Shown here: one piece after another, positions 1 to 8,685 of the stretch
Layout: each line of letters starts with the position of its first letter
How positions within the stretch are numbered: position 1 is the first letter of the stretch
Origin: Deltaproteobacteria bacterium TL4
GTDB lineage: Bacteria > SAR324 > NAC60-12
Reading direction: 5' to 3'
DNA length: 18,395 nucleotides
Assembly (NCBI GenBank): GCA_051382335.1
Contig: JBBCAX010000326.1
Span: forward strand, 1-18,395
The notes under the pieces: model-generated
Told to the model about the DNA's origin: nothing
Databases searched by the model: none
What the model saw: the letters and a program-made list of their open reading frames with translations, nothing else
Position numbers and translations under genes: made by a program

Positions 1-224
1 TAAACTTCGTTCTAATAATTCCATAGAGTACACCTAATTGAGAGTTTAGTTTTTGTTGTAAAAAACTTTTTACTCTTTGGTGTACTCTTGTTCAAACTTT
101 TTATTAACGCTTCTAAAAACTGATAGAGCTATTGAACACTATAAGTTGACCTCAATTCCAACGTCGGATTGCCTTCTCCCCTCGTTGGAAATGTCAAAAT
201 ACTTCATCTCGCTCAGGAGAAACG

Positions 225-1117
225 ATGATAATTACGAATTACGAATTGGGAGTTATTCACCATTCACCATTCACCATTCACCATTCACCATTCACCATTC
301 ACCATTCACCATTCACCATTCAATTAAGCCATTCCTGATTTTTCTTTCTCAGCTTTCTCTCTTTATATTGCTCTCAACCTCTGTCTTTGCCTAGGCACCG
401 GTGGATTTCTTCACAGCGATGGATCAGCTTGCGGAAGCGTTCCAGCCTAAACTGGGTAAATCCAGCGTGACCGTCGGTCTGATCCAGAGCAAGTCAGATG
501 GCACTCGTTTGAAACTCAGTGACGCGATTGCCGAACAACTCGCCATTGCTCTGAAAAACAAAGGTGCGGCGCTGGTGGCCTCCGAAGAGCGTCTGAGCAA
601 GACGGAGCAGGCGAATTTCCTTTCTGGTCTGAGTCAGGCGCAGGTGCTGATCACGGGTACCTTCCAGAAATGGGGCAATGCGTATTCCGTAATGGCGCAG
701 GCAGTTGATATCGGTTCCGGCAAGGTGCTGGAAGGCAAAACCGTGCGCATCGCTGAATCCGATATTCCGCCAGACCTGCTGGAACCGGTGACGAGTGGAG
801 ACACGATTCAGGGGGAAGGTCACGCCAGCATCAGTTACCAGTGTTTCCCTGAAGAAAAACCCTGTCCTCCCGCGGTGGAACTCAAGCGTCGTGCAGTTGA
901 TGCTGCGCGGTTGATGGCAATGGAGGATTTTGCGGCCAAAACCGGCGTGAGCCTGAGTGCGGTGAATCAGGTGATCAATGGACGGGCTGGGAATAAAACC
1001 ATTGAGAGCCAGGTTTCCGGTCAGTTACGTAACGTCAAGATTCAGGAACCAGTCATTCAAGGCGATGAGGTCATCATAAAAATGACCGCCGAAATCTTTT
1101 CGTCGCCAAAACCTTAA
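225..1117 (+). pseudogene. Secreted protein (CsgG/FlgO-like alpha/beta domain plus LPP20/FlgT-N-like domain) with a disrupted leader; residual ORF 401-1117
   Basis: RBS CAGGAGAAA-CG-ATG at 225 has the same motif and spacing as the start at 1232. A signal peptide (FLIFLSQLSLFILLSTSVFA) is in frame with ORF 401-1117 but is followed by TAG at 392-394. ATG225 is out of frame with 9 heptamers. Domain names are by resemblance only. Confidence 0.6.
255..317. repeat. Heptamer tandem repeat (ATTCACC)x9
   Basis: Nine perfect copies counted directly, followed by a degenerate ATTCAAT; preceded by a short AATTACG duplication. Confidence 0.97.
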
Positions 1118-1124
1118 AACCAGA

Positions 1125-1215
1125 GGCAAGAGCGGCTGACGCCGCAAGAAACAAGAAACAAGAATCTTGGAGCGCAGCGTTCTTGTTTCTTGAAGCGTAG
1201 CGTTCTTGTTTCTTT
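1125..1215. repeat. Intergenic palindromic short-repeat element (AAGAAAC repeats vs TTCTTGTTTCTT)
   Basis: AAGAAACAAGAAACAAGAA followed by two inverted TTCTTGTTTCTT copies; small GCGGC/GCCGC hairpin. Confidence 0.7.
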
Positions 1216-1231
1216 CACAACAGGAGAAATT

Positions 1232-2779
1232 ATGTGGAAAAGAATCATCAGCAGTCTCATCGGCATTGGGCTGGCCTTCAGCCCCTCCGTCTGGGCGGAA
1301 ACACAAACCGTGGTTGAGGAAGGCATCGCCTATATCGGCAACGGCATCACGGTAGAAGACGCGCAGAAAGTGGCCGTCAACAAAGCCCTCAACAAAGCCC
1401 TCAACGGCATGGGTGCGTTTATTGAGTCTTCGCAGAAATCATCAGGCGGACGGCTGACCGCCAAGGAAGTATCGTCGATCACCGGCGCCGTAATGCAAAG
1501 CAAAATTCTGGAAACCAAGAATGAGGTGGAAGGCGCAACGTTCCTGATCAGAGTCAAGGTGCAGTTTCAGATCGACATGGAGAGTTTCAACCGCGCCCTG
1601 GCCAAATATCAGGAGGAAAGCAAGGACAAACAGGTGATTGCCCAGTTGATGGGATCGATGCAGAAACTTCAGGAACAACTGCTCAAGACGCAGAAAGGCA
1701 GTTTTGCGACCATCGAAATCGCCGATGAAATCGCCTTCAACACCAAAAAACTCGGCGACCTGCTGACCACTAAAGAAGTGATTAACAACGAACTGGAAAT
1801 CCAGAACATGTACATCCAGAAAATCAGAGCCATCATGCTCAACGACCTGATGCCGCTCATGACGCCCTTCCTGCGAGAGATCATGGTCTGGGATAAGGTG
1901 CCGCAGGAAAACAGAGGCCAGACCTTGTTCCTGCCGTTTGTCGGCGCGCCGAAAGAAAATCCCAATTATGGAGGCAAAGATAGCGATGGCAGGGTGCAGT
2001 GCATGAACCAGGAATACACCAACAACTATTTCAAACCGGCACTGGCCAAGCTATACCAGACCGCCAAAGATTATGACGCGCTCCAGCTCAAGACCCGTCC
2101 AGAACTGGAATTTGAGAGCGCTTTCGCCACACCGTTCATCCTGTATGTAAATCAGGATGAATATCCCGTTTACCTGAAAACCCGTGTGAGCGGCAACGCA
2201 TCAGGATTGAGCATGACCGTGAATCGTGAAGGCCGCATCGTGGACCTGAATTTCAGGCTTGAAGGCAACAGTTTAAGGAGTGAGCTGAGCTGCGGTCAAT
2301 ATAACCTGGACGAAAAATATCGCCTGACCGACATCCAGCAGTTTGACTGGCGGGTGAAACCCAGCAATCCCAGCACTTTTGAGTTGGGCCTGTTTCAAAA
2401 GATGGTTTATGCCGCAGACTCCAAGATCAATGGCGATGGCACGGTGACTCATCGTGGTTTGATGTGGCAGCAAGCAGGTGATAAAGAGTATGCGTGGGAA
2501 AAAGCCATCAACTATTGTAAGGCCTTGAGACTGGCTGGGTATCAGGATTGGAGACTGCCTGCCATTGAGGAACTCCAAATGTTGATTGAAAATAATCACG
2601 GTGCTCCATTCATCAATACCACCCTGTTTCCAAACACGCAGTCCTCGAGTTATTGGTCGTCCACGACGTATGCCTATTACACGTCCTTCGCTTGGAGCGT
2701 GAACTTCTACTTCGGCTACGTCAGCTACTACAATAAGACGTATAGCTTCTATGTTCGGTGTGTTCGAGGCGGACAATAG
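1232..2779 (+). CDS. Secreted protein: LPP20/FlgT-N-like N-terminus, coiled coil, C-terminal DUF1566 (C-type-lectin-fold) domain; probable DGR target
   Basis: RBS AGGAGA before ATG1232; signal peptide ending SVWA; DUF1566 motifs GDGTVT-GLMWQQ, WEKAINYC, GYQDWRLPAIEEL, YWSSTT, AWSVNF, YVRCVRGG. Confidence 0.88.
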   Translation: MWKRIISSLIGIGLAFSPSVWAETQTVVEEGIAYIGNGITVEDAQKVAVNKALNKALNGMGAFIESSQKSSGGRLTAKEVSSITGAVMQSKILETKNEVEGATFLIRVKVQFQIDMESFNRALAKYQEESKDKQVIAQLMGSMQKLQEQLLKTQKGSFATIEIADEIAFNTKKLGDLLTTKEVINNELEIQNMYIQKIRAIMLNDLMPLMTPFLREIMVWDKVPQENRGQTLFLPFVGAPKENPNYGGKDSDGRVQCMNQEYTNNYFKPALAKLYQTAKDYDALQLKTRPELEFESAFATPFILYVNQDEYPVYLKTRVSGNASGLSMTVNREGRIVDLNFRLEGNSLRSELSCGQYNLDEKYRLTDIQQFDWRVKPSNPSTFELGLFQKMVYAADSKINGDGTVTHRGLMWQQAGDKEYAWEKAINYCKALRLAGYQDWRLPAIEELQMLIENNHGAPFINTTLFPNTQSSSYWSSTTYAYYTSFAWSVNFYFGYVSYYNKTYSFYVRCVRGGQ

Positions 2780-2802
2780 GTGATTTGGTGATTTGGTTAT
2801 TT
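2642..2802 (+). other. Putative DGR variable region (VR) plus downstream GGT(G/T)ATTT x3 repeat
   Basis: 41 consecutive codons (2642-2764) with no third-position A; Y/F/S/N residues encoded by NNC/NNT codons derivable from AAC/AAT; octamer repeated at 2779-2802. Confidence 0.7.
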
Positions 2803-2905
2803 AAAAATGCAGAGGCAGAACTGGAGTGTACGAAGACAAGAAAGGAACGTCTATAGGAAACTATAATAACCGTTGATCTTTGCTAACCCAATGAAATGAG
2901 GATGT

Positions 2906-3547
2906 ATGGAAATTCAAGATAATCAAAAATTTGCGCACACCTTTTTACAGGAATATTTAAAAAATGGTTTAGGCGCTTTGTCTAAAAGGGATGTGGACAT
3001 CCTGGTTCTGCGTTTGCTCATTGACGATGGGAAATACAAGTTTCCTCAAGAGATTTTTAAAGCGTGCAGGGAACTCAAATTAACTGAAACAAAATTAAGA
3101 AATTTGTACCAGGATGCTCAGTTGAAATACTGGCAATATGATGAAAAGCTGGCAAAAGAAAAGTTCATCGAACTCGTAGCTTCAAGTGCGATGGAACGCA
3201 ATAAAGAAAAAATTACCTTCATTGTACGGGACCCTTTTTTGCGGCAATATTTTGAAGAGTGGGTGGATAAAGCGAATGGATTTACAGATTCTTCGTTCAA
3301 TAAAAACCTGGTGGTCATTCATCAAGAAATCCTAAAACGAATATTAGAGGGATTTTGTTCTGAAAACCAATTCAAGGAAATACAATCACGTTTCCCCAAG
3401 GAATTACAGAAGATCAAAACTGCCAGCAGCTTCAAAAATGCTCTCGACGCTTTTATGATTGAGTTTGCGAAAGCTGCGGGAAAAGAAACTGGCGCCCTTT
3501 CCATAAAAGTGATTGCAGCCGGGTTAACCTTATTTCTATCTGCCTGA
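2906..3547 (+). CDS. Hypothetical protein, 213 aa
   Basis: Long ORF with RBS GAGGA; AT-rich; possible TATAAT at 2862-2867; no family recognised. Confidence 0.8.
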   Translation: MEIQDNQKFAHTFLQEYLKNGLGALSKRDVDILVLRLLIDDGKYKFPQEIFKACRELKLTETKLRNLYQDAQLKYWQYDEKLAKEKFIELVASSAMERNKEKITFIVRDPFLRQYFEEWVDKANGFTDSSFNKNLVVIHQEILKRILEGFCSENQFKEIQSRFPKELQKIKTASSFKNALDAFMIEFAKAAGKETGALSIKVIAAGLTLFLSA

Positions 3548-3629
3548 GAAGCAGTAGTCCTGTTGTAAAACGAGAGCAAAAAATCAGTTATTTTTTTTCT
3601 CAGATTTTTCGAGGAAGGCTTTGATTTCC

Positions 3630-4244
3630 TTAAGGGAATAGTGTTGGAAGTGCCATTAGCCCTAAGGCTAAGGCGAGTCCTGTCACCCAGGTATAAATCG
3701 TACTTTTGCTCAACCCCATCCACAGGGCAATCCGAGACAGCGGAACATTCCAGAAATATAAATTGAGACAAAATACCATTTTCTGGATCAAGAGAGGAAC
3801 GCTCTCCACCGCCTCATTGGGGGTCAGCAAGAACTTTACCGCATCCAATTGGGTTTTCTCACTTGCGGGGACTTCCTCGTTCAAGGCTGTAATGCCCGTT
3901 TGAGACAACAAGGGGAGAACCTGCTTGGGAGATTCTCCCTCAACCCCTTCCAGCGCACTGAACGCGGCCTGAAGTAAAAACTCTTCTTTGGGATGAAACT
4001 GCCCCTGTTCCCACGAATGCAAAACTTCCTGCCTCATCACCGTGCAAGGTACTTGGTCCAACGCTGTACGGATATTGGTCTCTGTTAAATCACTTCGTCC
4101 CAACTTCTGGTTGGCGGCTTCCCGTAACTCTTCGGTAGAGCGCCAGAAATGCTGACGCAGTTCCTGCTCTACCGCAGACACTACTTCTGCGTCTACTTTG
4201 CGTTTTAGATTTATCATGCTATTCTCAGGAGGTTTGATTGGCAC
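3630..4244 (-). pseudogene. Transposase remnant (N-terminal/HTH part; catalytic domain missing)
   Basis: Ends just after an HTH-like segment (VPLSRIALWMGLSKSTIYTWV) typical of IS transposase DNA-binding regions; no convincing start; no DDE triad. Confidence 0.55.
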
Positions 4245-4363
4245 GATTAGCCCGGAAGGCCTCTCGGTAATGAATCGTTCTTGGATTATGCAGGGTAAGT
4301 CGTTGGAAGGGAGTTACGACTTAAAAACCAGGACGTTCCCGGAAAGAAACGGATAAATGATGA

Positions 4364-4387
4364 CATAAGGATTATGTCCCCTGATTT
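4364..4387 (+). repeat. Left copy of 24-bp long-range inverted repeat (CATAAGGATTATGTCCCCTGATTT)
   Basis: 23/24 match to the reverse complement of 13164-13187; also partly duplicated in tandem (29-bp units 4371-4399 and 4400-4428). Confidence 0.92.
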
Positions 4388-4587
4388 GCATATTTTCGTA
4401 TTATGTCTCCTGATTTGCATATTTTTGCATTGACAATGAAACCCGTATTGAGCAGTCCGTCACTGTTTTTGCTGTCGTTGGTGAAGAGGCCTTGGATTGG
4501 GCGACAGCGACTAGTTATTTCCTCAATCCGAGTTCAATTCATTCACCCTCAAATGGGGATTTTATCTCGTTCCTAAAGGAGCATCCT

Positions 4588-6612
4588 ATGATACGTAATT
4601 TCTTTCTATTCATGACCAGTCTGTTGTTGAGTGTGTCCCTTCTGTCCTGTGGTGATCAGCCTCTGGAAACGAACGAACCTCAAAGTACCTCTGCTATAAT
4701 CACGGTGGCGTTTCCCTCCACGGAACCAGCATCCGCACGCTTTCTCAGTACAGCTAAAGCCAAAGGCGTGGTGGGGGATGTGACCAAAATCACCATCACT
4801 GTCAAAAATGACACCACCGCTGTGGTGACTGACCAACCACTCACCCAGACCGCTTCGGATTGGAATGTCACACTGACCAATTTGCCCATAGGAGTCGCAC
4901 TGACGTTTGAAGCCCATGCCGTCAACGTAACCAATGTGGAGATTTTCAATGGCTCCACTCAGCAAACCCTGGCCGAGACCAACAACACCGTCACTTTGAC
5001 CCTGGCTCCAGTGGATGATGCGGCAGCGCCAACCTTGCCAAAAATCACTCAGATCGCCAATCCTGCCAAAGTCATTGTTTCCAAAACAGCAACAGTTTCA
5101 GTCCAGATTGGGGGAACTGCAGGTGAAAAACTCACGTATCAGGTGACTGCTGCCACCAATGGAGGCTCTTTCACTCCCGCATCTGGTGACATCACACTGA
5201 CAGGGACTACCGCAACGATTGCTCTCACGTACACCGCTCCTGCGACTCTGGCCAAATACAAACACACTTTCACCTTGACCAATGCCCAGGGCAACACCGT
5301 TTCCTCCGAGTTTGAAATGGAAGTCGTCCAACAGGTGACAACCAGTGTGGTCAAAGTTCAGTTCAATCCGGTCATTACCTCCCTGAAAGTCGTCCGCTCC
5401 GGAACCACAATTATCTGGACCGCGACCGTGAATGATGATGGTGCCGCCAGCACCTTGCGTTACCTATGGACTTTTGCTGGAAAAACCTTTGTCGATGCCA
5501 CCACCAATCCCGCCACAATGAATGACTACACCGAATCCACTACCGGCAACCTGGTGTTGAAAGTCACAGATGGCAATGGCACCGGAGGCTCCACCACCTT
5601 GACCTACGCTCTTCCCGCAAGTCAGTTTCCTGACAACGTGGCCCTCAATCTGCAAGGTTCCACCGCTGGAATGATCACCGTACCGATGGAAGTGGCGTCT
5701 TGGACAAAATTTACTTGGTCAAATGCTACTTCTACGTTGGAAAAAACAACGGAAGGTATCAAACTATCCTGCAGTGAGTACAGACAGGGTCTGCAGTTTG
5801 CTCCCAAAGTGGCTTATGATCTAAGTAATGCTGAAGTTTTTATGAAATGGAAAGCCAATGCAAGCGGGAATTACTCTTTCTTCTATCCTGCGATCTATCA
5901 CGTTGCTAATGACTTCACCATGACAGGTATTGGATCATTTGGGGGGGGATCAACCCATCACGGTTACGGTGAAAACGTCCTCATTGCTGAAAATACGTTT
6001 TACTACACACGGATGAAAATCAACTCAGACAAGACGTATAATGTTTTCACGTCCACTGGTAACTATGACTCAAACGGAGGAACCGTCGTTATTTCTAAAT
6101 CAGGTACTATTCCCGACACAGAGTGGGCAGGAATCAACAGTGCTACTTTCGGTGCATTATTTGGCGATAACTATGCTCCTGCCTACATGATTGTGAGCGA
6201 AGTCATCATTAAAAAGCCTGCCTCTTGCCAGTCCTCCGGATTGTATGACAATTGTCTGACCTATGGCGGTCATACCTATGGAATCACCAAAACCGCCATG
6301 ACCTGGGATCTGGCCAAAACCCAGGCGGAAACGAATGGGGGACATTTGGCAGTTGTTGACACCAGTGCGGAAAACACCTTTCTTACGACGAGTTATGTGA
6401 CCAGTACGATCGGCCCCTGGATGGGCTACAATGACCTTGTGACCGAAGGTTCCTGGAAATGGGTCAATGGCAGTACCGCTACCTATACCAATTGGTCTCC
6501 AGGACAACCTGATAATTCGCAGAATGAAGATTGTGGTCATATGTTTAGTGATGGTCGCTGGAATGATAATCAATGTAGTGCTTCCATGAAAGCCATAGTG
6601 GAGTGGGAGTGA
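4588..6612 (+). CDS. Lipoprotein paralog A: three shared Ig-like stalk domains, a beta-rich domain and a C-terminal C-type lectin domain
   Basis: RBS AAAGGAG before ATG4588; lipobox LLSC; CTLD motifs TWDLAK-GGHLAVV, WMGYND-EGSWKWVNG, NWSPGQPD, EDC, WND. Confidence 0.9.
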   Translation: MIRNFFLFMTSLLLSVSLLSCGDQPLETNEPQSTSAIITVAFPSTEPASARFLSTAKAKGVVGDVTKITITVKNDTTAVVTDQPLTQTASDWNVTLTNLPIGVALTFEAHAVNVTNVEIFNGSTQQTLAETNNTVTLTLAPVDDAAAPTLPKITQIANPAKVIVSKTATVSVQIGGTAGEKLTYQVTAATNGGSFTPASGDITLTGTTATIALTYTAPATLAKYKHTFTLTNAQGNTVSSEFEMEVVQQVTTSVVKVQFNPVITSLKVVRSGTTIIWTATVNDDGAASTLRYLWTFAGKTFVDATTNPATMNDYTESTTGNLVLKVTDGNGTGGSTTLTYALPASQFPDNVALNLQGSTAGMITVPMEVASWTKFTWSNATSTLEKTTEGIKLSCSEYRQGLQFAPKVAYDLSNAEVFMKWKANASGNYSFFYPAIYHVANDFTMTGIGSFGGGSTHHGYGENVLIAENTFYYTRMKINSDKTYNVFTSTGNYDSNGGTVVISKSGTIPDTEWAGINSATFGALFGDNYAPAYMIVSEVIIKKPASCQSSGLYDNCLTYGGHTYGITKTAMTWDLAKTQAETNGGHLAVVDTSAENTFLTTSYVTSTIGPWMGYNDLVTEGSWKWVNGSTATYTNWSPGQPDNSQNEDCGHMFSDGRWNDNQCSASMKAIVEWE

Positions 6613-6813
6613 GGTTTTGAAGTTTTGGGAACGCCATCTCCCACGGGGGCGCAAAAAAGAGAGCAACGGCGCTCTGTACATTTCAAAGCGTTTGGGTTAG
6701 TCTTTACTTATCTTGAGGCCTCTAGGAAAGAGTAAAACACTCAGCCTGAGCAAGATTCTAAAACAGAACTCTTTGAGGGAGTCTTCTTTTAACTCTATAT
6801 TCAGGACGTTATT

Positions 6814-7080
6814 ATGCTGACTTTGACGATTAAGGAAGCCAAGAAAAGTTTTTCTAAAATTCTGAATGATCAAAAAACGGTGGCAGTGAAGAATCCAACC
6901 CACACGTCCGTGATCGTTCCCTTTAGCTACTTCCAGGAACTTGAAAGAGCAGCGATCATTCTGGAATCGCGGCAATCCATGGAAGAAGCCAAGGGACAGA
7001 AGCGATACTCCGATGAAGAAGTGGATCAGCTGATTGCAAAAGTATTGGAAGAGCAAAAAGATGGCAAAATGGCTTCCTAA
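6814..7080 (+). CDS. Phd/YefM-like antitoxin
   Basis: 88 aa; N-terminus LTIKEAKKSFSKILN...VAV...VIVP resembles Phd/YefM; overlaps the downstream toxin-like ORF. Confidence 0.7.
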   Translation: MLTLTIKEAKKSFSKILNDQKTVAVKNPTHTSVIVPFSYFQELERAAIILESRQSMEEAKGQKRYSDEEVDQLIAKVLEEQKDGKMAS

Positions 7081-7303
7081 AACCGTTCAAATCCTTTTAC
7101 AGTTGTATTCTACCCATCCCCCCTTAGCGGAAGCAATCAGGGAGACGATCCGAAAATTGGAAAAAAATCCTGCCCTTGGGATCTATCTGATAGACACCAC
7201 TTACTCTTATAGTGACAGCAAGGGGAGGTTCAGGATTAACTATAACTACAATCCTGAACAAAAGATCAAAGAGATTGAAGTGGTCTCCCTTGTAGTTCTG
7301 TAG
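7061..7303 (+). CDS. RelE/ParE-like toxin
   Basis: ~80 aa; IRKLEKNPALG...GRFRINY...IEVVSL fits the RelE/ParE pattern; coupled to the antitoxin. Confidence 0.6.
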   Translation: MAKWLPKTVQILLQLYSTHPPLAEAIRETIRKLEKNPALGIYLIDTTYSYSDSKGRFRINYNYNPEQKIKEIEVVSLVVL

Positions 7304-7331
7304 CTTTCGCTCCTCTCTTGAAAGGCATTTT

Positions 7332-7590
7332 ATGAGAACTCAGATTCAAAAATGGGGGAATTCCCTGGCTTTAAGAATCCCTCGAACCTTCGTTCAGGAG
7401 ACTCATCTCTCCGAAAAATCAGAAGTGGAGATCACCCTGGAACGTGGAGATCACCCTGGAACAGGGGAATATAGTGGTTAAACCTATCAACAAAAAATGG
7501 TCATTGGATGAGCTTTTAGCGGGGGTTACGGAGGAAAATATCCACGGAGAAACGGATTGGGGTATCCCGGTCGGGAAGGAGATTGTCTAA
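7332..7590 (+). pseudogene. mazE: AbrB/MazE antitoxin frameshifted by a 19-bp tandem duplication
   Basis: MRTQIQKWGNSLALRIP...SLDELLAGVTEENIHGETDWGIPVGKEIV is restored by removing one copy of GTGGAGATCACCCTGGAAC (7425-7443 = 7444-7462). Confidence 0.9.
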
Positions 7591-7652
7591 TGGCTTACAC
7601 ACCTGACCGAGGGGATATTATCTGGATTAACCTACACTCAACGCGGGCATAA
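7590..7652 (+). pseudogene. mazF: MazF/PemK toxin N-terminal stub
   Basis: TAATG overlap with mazE; MAYTPDRGDIIWIN, then truncated at a palindromic element. Confidence 0.85.
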
Positions 7653-7761
7653 ATGACCGCTTTAATCGGTAGCATCGGGTTACGTCCCGATGTCTCTGCG
7701 TCAGGGCGTAACCTGACGCTACCGGCGTTTCAAAAGCGTCAATTGTGACCGCACGAAGTAT
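7632..7761. mobile_element. Palindromic MITE/REPIN-like element
   Basis: Imperfect outer IR enclosing two inverted GTAG-type REP-like hairpins (7667-7692 and 7699-7724). Confidence 0.75.
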
Positions 7762-7847
7762 ATCATAAAAGACAGGAACAAGTTCTGTTCATTTCAGAGA
7801 GTCTGTATTAATCTTTGCGCACACTTAGATACAGAAAGGAGGTGTGT

Positions 7848-8059
7848 ATGAACGTAAATTCAGTAAGACTCAATAGCAGTCTCCCGGCAGATGTCGCTCA
7901 GTTCCTGGATTCCGTCAAAAATACATTCATTGCTGAATCGGTGAGAGAGGGATGGAAAAATACAAACAGGAACAATTAAAAGAAGGGTATCAGGCGACCC
8001 GTGAAGAAGATTTGGAACTCTCTCAGGAATGGGAGTCCACCTTGGGAGACGGGCTATGA
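7848..8059 (+). pseudogene. RHH/CopG-type antitoxin of a second MazEF-like module, frameshifted
   Basis: Strong RBS AAAGGAGG; MNVNSVRLNSSLPADV...FIAESVRE continues in another frame as MEKYKQEQLKEGYQATREEDLELSQEWESTLGDGL; ATGA overlap with the toxin. Confidence 0.75.
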
Positions 8060-8223
8060 AACGAGGAGAACTTTTTTGGGTAAAATTTGATCCAACAGAA
8101 GGGGCTGAAATTAGCAAAACAAGACCCGCTTTCATTGTATCGAATGATATTATTCAGGACAGGCCTTTCTCTGAAATTTTTCGAGCTGTGCAGGTACCTT
8201 TTTTAAACCACGAAAAACACTAA
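8056..8223 (+). pseudogene. PemK/MazF toxin, truncated after ~35 aa
   Basis: MKRGELFWVKFDPTEGAEISKTRPAFIVSND is a canonical PemK N-terminus; the ORF then runs into a palindromic element. Confidence 0.88.
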
Positions 8224-8352
8224 AAACACGAAAGAAAACCTGCAAAATAGGGTTTCACGGAGGAATTCATTTATTAAAAAATCATTTATTTCGTGTTTTT
8301 CGTGTTTTTCGTGGTTAATTTTCAAACCACCTGCACAGCTCGAAATTTTTTC
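8173..8352. mobile_element. Palindromic MITE-like element
   Basis: Perfect 17-bp IR TTTCGAGCTGTGCAGGT (8179-8195 / 8329-8345) enclosing an inner IR of 9-mer repeats (AACCACGAAAAACAC... / ...TTTTTCGTGGTT). Confidence 0.8.
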
Positions 8353-8367
8353 TTTTGAAGGAGTGCG

Positions 8368-8628
8368 ATGCTAACTTGTGTTGAAGCTATTGTACAAAAT
8401 GGGGTTGTGAAACTGCTGGAACCTGTGACCTTGCAGGAAGGAACACGCGTGGTTGTAACGGTTCTACCGCAACCCGAGTTGTCTCAGTCCGTTTTGCTGC
8501 AACCCTTGTCTAAATGGGCTGCGCTGGTTCAAAGAAACAAACAACATCCTCTTTCCTTGGGACTCTATACGGAGCAAGATCGAAAAGATAGGCAGGAATT
8601 TCGAGAAAATTTTCAGGACGAAACCTGA
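8368..8628 (+). CDS. DUF104/AF2212-like antitoxin-family protein, no cognate toxin following
   Basis: RBS AAGGAG; VEAIVQNGVVKLLEPVTLQEGTRVVVTV motif. Confidence 0.75.
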   Translation: MLTCVEAIVQNGVVKLLEPVTLQEGTRVVVTVLPQPELSQSVLLQPLSKWAALVQRNKQHPLSLGLYTEQDRKDRQEFRENFQDET

Positions 8629-8685
8629 CACGCTCCTCAATATCTTGATTTCCCTATTTTTTATTTACCTTCATTCAAGGAATCT

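Noticed and set aside
25..88. 10-bp IR AGAGTACACC/GGTGTACTCT
   Set aside because: Real but short and at the window edge; no function can be assigned.
77..394. Standalone 105-aa CDS
   Set aside because: Weak start and translation through the heptamer tract; only its 3' end (the signal peptide) appears meaningful.
392..394. Amber recoding (pyrrolysine or alternative code)
   Set aside because: TAG terminates other genes at natural ends here (2779, 7303); a point mutation or sequencing error is simpler.
2852..2865. TATAG-GAAA-CTATA as the DGR homing hairpin
   Set aside because: Only a 5-bp AT-rich stem, overlapping a likely -10 box; too weak to call.
4371..4428. CRISPR array
   Set aside because: Two adjacent 29-bp units with no spacers and no cas genes.
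6400..6612. Paralog A C-type lectin as a second DGR target
   Set aside because: It lacks the NNC-biased, third-position-A-free signature and has no similarity to the 2642-2779 VR.
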